A DNA stretch of 52,780 nucleotides, taken from the NCBI GenBank assembly GCA_963695435.1, contig OY968788.1, positions 1-52,780 on the forward strand. The letters are read 5' to 3'. The stretch is from an uncultured bacterium (GTDB taxonomy: Bacteria; Patescibacteriota; Kazan-3B-28). Both the position numbers and the translations under genes were made by a program. How positions within the stretch are numbered: position 1 is the stretch's first letter; each line of letters opens with the position of its first letter. Below are positions 44,447 to 51,804 of this stretch, in pieces. Below the pieces are notes generated by a model. It ran no database searches, had not been told where the DNA came from, and saw only the letters and a program-made list of their open reading frames with translations.

Positions 44447-46237
44447 TTAACCTCCTGTGAGGTTACGCAATTCGGCCAGCTGGCTGGGGTCGGAAGTTAC
44501 AATACGGTCTTCGATGAAGCTCGCGACTACTTTGATAGCGGCGTGGTTGGTACCAGCGAAGAAGAGACCTTCACCAACATTGGATTCGAGCAAGAGGAAC
44601 TTTTCGCCTTGAGTTAGATTGAAAGTTTCCGCCACAATATCTATAGAGGCGGGGGATTGGCGAAGCAAAAGCTGAAGCGAAGAGTTCGCAACCACAGCCT
44701 TCCCATATTTTGAGCCAAGGAAGTCCTCGATATCTTGAGTAATAGTGGTGAGCCCTAAGAAATACTTGCGGGCGCGTTTGGCGATAGAGTAAAGGAATTT
44801 GGCGGAGTCTTCGTACTGCATCAAAATCCACGCCTCATCAATTACAAGCATTCGCTTTTTGATATCAAAACGAATTTTATTCCAAATGTAATTCAGAACC
44901 ACATACATCGCGATGGGGCGAAGGGTATCTTCCAAATCGCGGATGCTGAAAACCATCAAACCACGGTCCAGTTCAAAGTTGGTTGGTTGGTTGAAGACTC
45001 CAGCGAAAGTGCCGGTGGTGTATTTGGTCAGGCGCAAGGCCAGACTTTCGGCGCCAGTCATATTGCTTAAAACATTGTGTAGATCCTGCATGGTCGGAGC
45101 GGCATTTTGATGAGTTTTGATGTCGCCAGTAACATCGCGCAGGGCGTAAGTTTCCATCAGCGCTTTTTCCATCAAAGCTTCCTCTTCTGGCGTGAGTTTG
45201 CCTAACATCAAATTCATCAACCCCATGAGGGTGATGACTGATGCACGGAGAATTTTCTCTCCATCGGCGTTGGTGCCAAGGTTGGGCAAATCAAACGGGT
45301 TGATTCGCTTTTCACTGTTGAGGCTCACTGAAATGTAGCTACCGCCAACGGCATCCGCCAGCGCTTTGTATTCGTTTTCGGGGTCAACCACGATGACATC
45401 GGTATCGAACATCATACTGCGCAAAATTTCCAACTTCACGGCGTAGGATTTACCACCACCGGATTTGGAGAAGACCACCATGTTGGCATTTTCTAATTCA
45501 AAACGGTCGAACAAGATTAGTGAATTGTTGTGGCGGTTGATGCCATACAGCACACCTTTGCCGGTAGTGAGATCAACGGAAGTGAAGGGGAAGGTGGTGG
45601 CGACGGATGAGGTGGTCATGTTGCGAATCACATCCAATTCGTCTAGCCCTAAGGGTAGACTGGAATTGAATCCTTGCTCCATTTGGAGGAGTGCCTGTTT
45701 GGTGTAGACTAGCTGACCACCCAAGACGGTTTCAAGGTGACTAGTAATGCTATTCAACTCTTCTTCGGTTTTGGCATAAACGGTGAAGTAAAGAGCGTAG
45801 TGGAAGAATTTTTCAAGGCCTCGTTGGAGGCGGTCGCGAAGTTCTTCGGCGTCTTGGTAGGCAATATCCAATTCGGGATCGCGAATGGCACCCTTCTCTT
45901 CGTTGATGCGAAGGCTGGATTCCATTTCGCCAACTTTTCGGCGGAGTACCCGCATAATGTTGGCGTTGTCCACGGGGTAGATATGCATTGAAATATCAAT
46001 ATTGGTGTCGTAGTTGATGAGGGGAGCGAGCCAGTTGGTTTCGATGTATTGAGGGTAGGTCAATACGAAGAAGCTACGGACAAATTTGTCGTTTAGCATC
46101 AGGCGATCGCTCTTTATTTCCATGGCGGCGGGAGCGATTAGATCGCGAACAGAAACCAAGCCACTTTCAAATTGCTCAACAGCCTTTTTGGCGGCTTCCT
46201 CTTCGGCGGTCTGAATTTTTTTCTTTTTTCCAAACAT
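44447..46237 (-). CDS. VirB4/PrgJ-like type IV secretion ATPase
   Basis: The Gram-positive VirB4-type N-domain reads DLIAPAAMEIKSDRLMLNDKFVRSFFVLTYPQYIETNWLAPLIN. It has Walker A FSKSGGGKSYAVK and Walker B MLVIDEAW. Confidence 0.85.
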   Translation of the reverse strand: MFGKKKKIQTAEEEAAKKAVEQFESGLVSVRDLIAPAAMEIKSDRLMLNDKFVRSFFVLTYPQYIETNWLAPLINYDTNIDISMHIYPVDNANIMRVLRRKVGEMESSLRINEEKGAIRDPELDIAYQDAEELRDRLQRGLEKFFHYALYFTVYAKTEEELNSITSHLETVLGGQLVYTKQALLQMEQGFNSSLPLGLDELDVIRNMTTSSVATTFPFTSVDLTTGKGVLYGINRHNNSLILFDRFELENANMVVFSKSGGGKSYAVKLEILRSMMFDTDVIVVDPENEYKALADAVGGSYISVSLNSEKRINPFDLPNLGTNADGEKILRASVITLMGLMNLMLGKLTPEEEALMEKALMETYALRDVTGDIKTHQNAAPTMQDLHNVLSNMTGAESLALRLTKYTTGTFAGVFNQPTNFELDRGLMVFSIRDLEDTLRPIAMYVVLNYIWNKIRFDIKKRMLVIDEAWILMQYEDSAKFLYSIAKRARKYFLGLTTITQDIEDFLGSKYGKAVVANSSLQLLLRQSPASIDIVAETFNLTQGEKFLLLESNVGEGLFFAGTNHAAIKVVASFIEDRIVTSDPSQLAELRNLTGG

Positions 46238-46914
46238 TATTGTCCCTCCGCGTCGCGAACATTACGAATAATCGAGACATCTACATTGCTGACGGAAAAT
46301 AGTTTTTGCCGGCGGGCGGAATCGGTATTGTAGCTGGTGTAAAAAAGCTCGATTAGCTCTTGAGTATTGAGCTGAACATTGTTCAGCCCAAGACTGGCTA
46401 ATCCGTTTGATACCAAACTAGTTTTTTCGGTAATGGCGGTTTTGACTTCTTCAAATTGAGCGTTGGGAGTGTTCTTTTTTCTGCCAAATAGGTGGAATCC
46501 AGCGGAGATAATAGGCGCCTCGTTGTGTGGGACGATGACATAAAAAGTCTTACTCATAATGTTGGCAACGCCGACTAGATCGCGGACGAAAGTGATGTAT
46601 TCGTTGGTTTGAGTGCGAAGCAAATCGTTAGTCTGTTTGATGGAGGCTTGGTTGAGGGTCTCCAAATAAGGCGCCAAGTCGAGGGTGCGGGACTGCATCA
46701 CTATCTGGATAGGGAAGGAAAGACCATTAAGAAAGCTCTGGTAACCTTCCAGCAATGCCTGCTGCTCATCGGCAGATTTCAGGCTGAAGTTGATGGCGTT
46801 GACCATCAAGATAGTACGATAACCGCCGTTTTTCAAAAGCACTATCCCGTCACGGATTTCCTGAACGGGTAGGAATTTTTGAGTGCTTTTGAATTTTGAT
46901 TGTTTGCGCGCCAT
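46237..46914 (-). CDS. Hypothetical protein of the T4SS-like operon (225 aa)
   Basis: It has a 1-nt overlap with the VirB4-like start. The segment LPVQEIRDGIVLLKNGGYRTILMVNAINFSLKSADEQQALLEGYQSFLNGL loosely recalls N-terminal regions of Gram-positive conjugation ATPases. That similarity is an unverified impression. Confidence 0.45.
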   Translation of the reverse strand: MARKQSKFKSTQKFLPVQEIRDGIVLLKNGGYRTILMVNAINFSLKSADEQQALLEGYQSFLNGLSFPIQIVMQSRTLDLAPYLETLNQASIKQTNDLLRTQTNEYITFVRDLVGVANIMSKTFYVIVPHNEAPIISAGFHLFGRKKNTPNAQFEEVKTAITEKTSLVSNGLASLGLNNVQLNTQELIELFYTSYNTDSARRQKLFSVSNVDVSIIRNVRDAEGQ

Positions 46915-46923
46915 ATTGGTGAA

Positions 46924-47454
46924 TTATTCTACATCTTTGAGAACATCTTCGATGTCCGCTGGTTCGGTTTTGATTGGTGGGGGAGTAAAAGTATTGATAG
47001 AAGTGGTCATAGATTCTTCTTGCTCCCGATTAATTGTACCACCCGTATCTAAGATGTGAGCGAGCTGTTCGATTTGCATTTTGACTTGTTTGCCGGACCG
47101 ACGATCGGCAAGTTCAGTTTTGGTATCTTTGAGGTCGGTTGCTTTAACTTTAATGGCGCCAACTTTTTCGCGAGGCTCTTTGTGCCAAATAAGATTCTTG
47201 GCGCTGGTCGTAAAGTGGAGCAGATTCGTTAGAAACAGCCCAAACGGGCGACCATTGATATTGCCAAACGCCAGCATCAATACGAGTCCTCCTATCAGTA
47301 GGCTGACAATGACAAACCAGAACCAGTTGAGAAACGACTGGTAGGCGATGAAGATAACTGCTCCACCTCCAAGCAAATAAAGGAATTGCTTTAGGGTAAG
47401 CGGACCAATCAGCTTATCTTCGCGGGTAACATCTTGTGGGATTTTGGTTGCCAT
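46924..47454 (-). CDS. PrgI-family (VirB3-like) small membrane protein
   Basis: The N-terminus EDKLIGPLTLKQFLYLLGGGAVIFIAY plus a second TM helix matches the PrgI-family pattern as recalled. Its position between the VirB6-like and VirB4-like genes mirrors the prgH-prgI-prgJ order. Confidence 0.65.
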   Translation of the reverse strand: MATKIPQDVTREDKLIGPLTLKQFLYLLGGGAVIFIAYQSFLNWFWFVIVSLLIGGLVLMLAFGNINGRPFGLFLTNLLHFTTSAKNLIWHKEPREKVGAIKVKATDLKDTKTELADRRSGKQVKMQIEQLAHILDTGGTINREQEESMTTSINTFTPPPIKTEPADIEDVLKDVE

Positions 47455-47468
47455 AAAAGTTATTTAGG

Positions 47469-50195
47469 TTAGCCTTGTTCGCGTATGATTTTAGTTAAGC
47501 CGACTATGCCAGTATGAATCCTGCTTAGGTAGGCGTCACCGTTATTAGTGAAAGCTGCTCCCGGCATGTCCACCCGATTTCCGAATTTATTGAATAGGTT
47601 AGCTAGGGTTTGTTGGGATGTTGGGCTAAGATCAACCAGACGCGTGTTGGTGGAGGTTTGCCCGGGGCCGAGATTCTTGATGACTTCTTCGAGGGAATTT
47701 AAGGCGCTAGTTACTTCACTGGAGAAGGAGGTAATATCGAAATCAGGTTTGGCAATGGTTGCCTTTAATGACTGAATACCGGGCTGGGCAGCACCAATGT
47801 CTCCGGTGGTTTCTCGGATGGTTTTGATCTCGGTTGTTTTGGTGGAAATTTTGTTGTCGAGATCGCTTAGAGCGTTTTTGCTAAGGATATCTTTCATTGC
47901 TCCCTTGGCGCTGTCAGAAAGGTTGGCAGACAGTAATGACTGTATGTTAGACAGGCTTTCTGGGGCAAAGCCTTGTTTTACAATAGTTTGGGCAAGCTCT
48001 TCGGCACCTGCTCCGCCGTAACCTAAAGCTTCTCTTACGCTATTGGCCTTGTCGTCGTCGGAGAGGGAGCTGCCGCCTAATATTTCTTTAAGTTTATCTT
48101 GGGTATCTTTACCGTTAAGACGGTCGTGTTGCTCCGCACTAAATTGTCCAAGGGCATTGAGATCGCCTTTGTTGAGGGAGACAACCTGCCCAGCATTTAA
48201 AGATTGGGTCAGCCCATTTAGAGCATTGACTAAATTGTCGCCGGCTTGCTGTTCAAAGACGGCCTCGTTGTTGGCGCTTGGGTTAGAAACTTTAAGGTCG
48301 TCGTGGAGAGACTTCATCTTCTCAAGTTCTCTTTGGGCTTTGAGTTCTTGTTCAAAAGCTGGTCCGCTACCTGAATCTTCGGTTTGCCCGCCTCTGCGCA
48401 ATTGGTCTAACGAGAATTTTCTTGGCATACCTGCGTCGCGGAAGAGACTTTGGTTGGAACTAACGAGATCGTTGAAGTAGTCCATTGCTTCTTCTGCCTG
48501 TTCTTTGCGCAAGCTTACGGAATACCTTCTCAATACCTGGGAAAGCACCATCATATCGAAGGCGGCTTCCTTATCGTCAGGGTTAGCTTTCAATTTGCCG
48601 ATGGCATCTTTCAATTTTTCTGCTACATCTGCCGAAGGGAACTGTTTTTCGAGTTCATCTGCAACAGTTTCGTTGATTGCTCCCATAAACATCTTTTCGG
48701 ACTCGGCTGATCTTTGCCCGAGGGCGGTGTTTTCCAGACCCTTTCTCGCATTTTTTACCTGTTCTTTGCGATTTTTCTTTTCTTGATCGTCTGGCGCGGA
48801 GTTGATCCACTCCTCTGTGCTTATGTTGATGCCAATTTTGGCTCTGACTGCGAGTTCAACATTTTTATTATCAGCTTGGTATCTATCGGAAACAGCCCTG
48901 TTTACAGTAGCTGCATCTTCTTTTTTGCCGATGCCCTGTTGAGCCTTTATTTCTTTTTCGCGTTTGCCGCGTACAGCGACAACCTTGTCATATGCGGCGC
49001 GGCCCCAGGCGGTGCCCCTGATTCCTTTTCGCAGCATGTCTTTGCCTCGGGCGGAAAGATCGGCTTTGATTGGTTTCCATGCCATTTCAGGAAGTTTGTC
49101 GGTGAAGAATTTGGTCATGGCGGAGACGGGAACTTTCAGTAGGGCAGGGGTATTCCCGGCGGCGATTAGGACACCCAAACAGATAATCAAATACATGATG
49201 CTCCCGACATTTGTCGTGGACACATCATTTATCCCGCCGACAACAAAAAGGCGGGTACTAAGAAATTGCTGGAGAGCCTCCACGGAGTTGAAGGGCGCGA
49301 TTGCCTTGGCTACGCCTATCAAGATAAATGTGACAGGAAGAACTAATATCCATCTAATTACATCCGAAAACCAATTACTATCTCCAATTTGAATAGCTTT
49401 TTCAGGGAGAACACCAAGGACGGCTTGGATGGGAGCAAAGATGGTTAGAATTGCTAGTCGGATAGCTCGTTCTATTAGTACAAAAGTTAGACGGTAGAGT
49501 ATCCATACGATAATTGCCTGAAATGCCATGGCAGTGAAGGAGGCAAAGAGGTACTTGAAGACGCTAACATCTCCGTTCACGAGGACATTTACATTCAGTA
49601 AAGTACCGAACTGGCTGATCCAAGTAGAGAATGTGCCGGTTGAACTTGCGTCTAAACCGGGGAGATGGGAAGCGGAGTTGCGGAGGGCATCACCAGCTTC
49701 GATCAATATTTGTACTAGTTGGTAGCTGATGTTGGCGAGAGCTATAGCGGTGATAAGAGCAATAACTGCCTTTTTGAAGTTGTAACCGGTTCGACGAATG
49801 ATAATCATAACGGCGAAGACTAGTAGGATGGCAAAAAATAGCCCGTTTGCGATGTTGAGCATCACATCATAAGCAATCTTTAGCTGTCCCACCTGATCGC
49901 CGTTCCCGAAGAATAAACTATTTTGTCCTGGGAGAACCAGATCATTGATAATCCAGATAAATAGATTTGATACACCGGTCAGCACCATGCTGATAAAGGA
50001 GAACAGAGTGCCGAGTATTGCTTTCAGAAGGCTTCGCCCGGATACATAATCGATAACATCTTCCCACCATGGCGCTGCTAGTACGATACGGCCATATCCA
50101 ATCAGGGCAAGTGTCGCAAAAGTCCCACCTAGCCATTTAGGCCAGTGGGGATGTTTGGTGGTGAAGGTTGTAATAAAACTAATGAAGCGCTTCAT
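47469..50195 (-). CDS. Large polytopic membrane protein, VirB6/PrgH-like, with a ~500-aa hydrophilic C-terminal extension
   Basis: The first ~400 aa contain about 7 hydrophobic segments. The rest is charged and helical with no TM segment. It is the first gene behind the consensus promoter. Confidence 0.5.
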   Translation of the reverse strand: MKRFISFITTFTTKHPHWPKWLGGTFATLALIGYGRIVLAAPWWEDVIDYVSGRSLLKAILGTLFSFISMVLTGVSNLFIWIINDLVLPGQNSLFFGNGDQVGQLKIAYDVMLNIANGLFFAILLVFAVMIIIRRTGYNFKKAVIALITAIALANISYQLVQILIEAGDALRNSASHLPGLDASSTGTFSTWISQFGTLLNVNVLVNGDVSVFKYLFASFTAMAFQAIIVWILYRLTFVLIERAIRLAILTIFAPIQAVLGVLPEKAIQIGDSNWFSDVIRWILVLPVTFILIGVAKAIAPFNSVEALQQFLSTRLFVVGGINDVSTTNVGSIMYLIICLGVLIAAGNTPALLKVPVSAMTKFFTDKLPEMAWKPIKADLSARGKDMLRKGIRGTAWGRAAYDKVVAVRGKREKEIKAQQGIGKKEDAATVNRAVSDRYQADNKNVELAVRAKIGINISTEEWINSAPDDQEKKNRKEQVKNARKGLENTALGQRSAESEKMFMGAINETVADELEKQFPSADVAEKLKDAIGKLKANPDDKEAAFDMMVLSQVLRRYSVSLRKEQAEEAMDYFNDLVSSNQSLFRDAGMPRKFSLDQLRRGGQTEDSGSGPAFEQELKAQRELEKMKSLHDDLKVSNPSANNEAVFEQQAGDNLVNALNGLTQSLNAGQVVSLNKGDLNALGQFSAEQHDRLNGKDTQDKLKEILGGSSLSDDDKANSVREALGYGGAGAEELAQTIVKQGFAPESLSNIQSLLSANLSDSAKGAMKDILSKNALSDLDNKISTKTTEIKTIRETTGDIGAAQPGIQSLKATIAKPDFDITSFSSEVTSALNSLEEVIKNLGPGQTSTNTRLVDLSPTSQQTLANLFNKFGNRVDMPGAAFTNNGDAYLSRIHTGIVGLTKIIREQG

Positions 50196-50221
50196 TGTTT
50201 GTTTTTGATTTTTGTTACTTT

Positions 50222-50250
50222 ATTGTAGCAAAAAAATCGGATTTTGTCAA
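50222..50250 (-). promoter_or_regulatory. Near-consensus sigma70 promoter driving the T4SS-like operon
   Basis: On the minus strand: TTGACA (50245-50250), a 17-nt spacer, then TACAAT (50222-50227). An A-rich 26-nt leader runs to the ATG at 50195. Confidence 0.7.
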
Positions 50251-50295
50251 CCCCAAGAGGATTGGTTGCTACCTCTCGTCAGAGGGAGGGGACAA

Positions 50296-50304
50296 TGGCA
50301 TAAT
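50296..50304 (+). promoter_or_regulatory. Candidate extended -10 (TGgCATAAT) for the divergent PEGA gene
   Basis: tggcataat lies at 50296-50304, 42 nt upstream of the ATG at 50347. The -35 element is weak. Confidence 0.35.
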
Positions 50305-50346
50305 GGGTGTAGTTTACAAATGGCCTAAAAAATGCTGTAGTCTTTT

Positions 50347-51804
50347 ATGATTGATGAGCAAAAAAGCCAGTCTGGGGGCGAAAAAACGCCAGAGCAACAA
50401 TTAGCAGAATTGCTTCGACAAAGCCAGAACAAACCCGCTCCTGCTAAGGAAATGGGTCTGAATTTGAATTTTCCTAGTCGAATGCCGCGGAAGCAGACCA
50501 AAATTAACTGGCTGGCGGTGGGGATTAGTATGCTTGCGCTGGTGCTGGTGTTCGGAACTGGTTATTTTTTGCTGGTAGGGCTCAAGTTCAATACGGGGGA
50601 GCTGACTTTGGAACTGAATGAGTCATCCGTCAGACTAAAAATTGATGATAAGTCGGTTGGGACAATAGACACCAACTATATGGTTTCGCTTCGGGCGGGC
50701 GAACATACGCTGATATTGGCGAAGGATGGGTTTCTGGAATTGGAAAAGACAATTACGATTGCCCGCGGTGACAAAACACTGATGAGTTTGCAACTATTAC
50801 CAATCCCCACAATTGATAAATTGGTGGATGGGAATATTGCGTATGCTCGGTTGAACCATAGTGGTGCGGAAGTGTCCTATTTTGATAGAAATGACCGTGC
50901 GTTCAAGTCTACTAATACTGGCGAAAACAAAGTTGCCACACTCTTCCGCGGTAGTTTTGATAGTGTGAGCGATGTGGTGTGGTCGCCGGTATCGCAGGCG
51001 GCAATTGTGAAGCTGCCCGGGCAGCCTAGCTTTAAAAATATGCAGGATAATCGGGAAGTAAAAGGGCGATATGTTGTGTTGGGTGAACGGCCGACACAGG
51101 GTGCCACAAAGTACATTGGTACTAGCACCTGGCTGTTTGACGATAGCCTAAAAACATCCAAAGGGTGGCAGCCAATAAGGCTGAATGACAATATAAGACA
51201 AGTAGCTTATAGCAGTGATGGTTCGGAGATTGTTTATGTTTACGATACGGCTGACGGAGAATATTCCTTGGTTAGAGCGCTCCCAAGCGGAGAAGAATGG
51301 GAGCGGGTAATTGTTGATTTGCCGCAACTTACAGACGCAAAATTGTTTTGGGGAGCGGATGATAGATATCTTTTGATCGAACAGTCGGACAAATTGTTGT
51401 TGGCTGATTTGGTAGCCAAATCGATTAGCGAAATAGCTCAAGATAGGGTGAGTGGGAGTCGGTATGCGATGTCGCAAGATGGTGCTAATTTGGCATACAT
51501 TGCGGATGTGAGCGGGCAACCTCGGCTGAAGATTTTTGAGCTAGCGACGGGAGCAGTAAAGGTTATTGATAAAGTGGAAACGGTCTCAAGCGGGACGGTG
51601 ATGACTTGGTTGAGCGCTAATGACATTTTGTTGGTGGAGCCAAATCAAACTTTTGTGCGAATAAATATTAGTAACAACGATCGAACTACAATTCCGTTTG
51701 TGGGGCAGGAAACCAATTTGCAAATTAGCGCGATGGAATACAGCCCGGTGGGACAAATATTGATGCTAACAACTGCCACCGGGATTTTTGTAATGAAAAT
51801 CTAG
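50347..51804 (+). CDS. Membrane-anchored PEGA-domain protein with a C-terminal beta-propeller-like (TolB/PD40-type) region
   Basis: A TM helix (LAVGISMLALVLVFGTGYFLLVGL) is followed by a PEGA-like segment (VSLRAGEHTLILAKDGFLELEKTITIARGD). Repeated beta-strand-rich units follow (AYSSDGSEIVYVY..., AMSQDGANLAYIA..., EYSPVGQILMLT). Confidence 0.6.
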   Translation: MIDEQKSQSGGEKTPEQQLAELLRQSQNKPAPAKEMGLNLNFPSRMPRKQTKINWLAVGISMLALVLVFGTGYFLLVGLKFNTGELTLELNESSVRLKIDDKSVGTIDTNYMVSLRAGEHTLILAKDGFLELEKTITIARGDKTLMSLQLLPIPTIDKLVDGNIAYARLNHSGAEVSYFDRNDRAFKSTNTGENKVATLFRGSFDSVSDVVWSPVSQAAIVKLPGQPSFKNMQDNREVKGRYVVLGERPTQGATKYIGTSTWLFDDSLKTSKGWQPIRLNDNIRQVAYSSDGSEIVYVYDTADGEYSLVRALPSGEEWERVIVDLPQLTDAKLFWGADDRYLLIEQSDKLLLADLVAKSISEIAQDRVSGSRYAMSQDGANLAYIADVSGQPRLKIFELATGAVKVIDKVETVSSGTVMTWLSANDILLVEPNQTFVRINISNNDRTTIPFVGQETNLQISAMEYSPVGQILMLTTATGIFVMKI

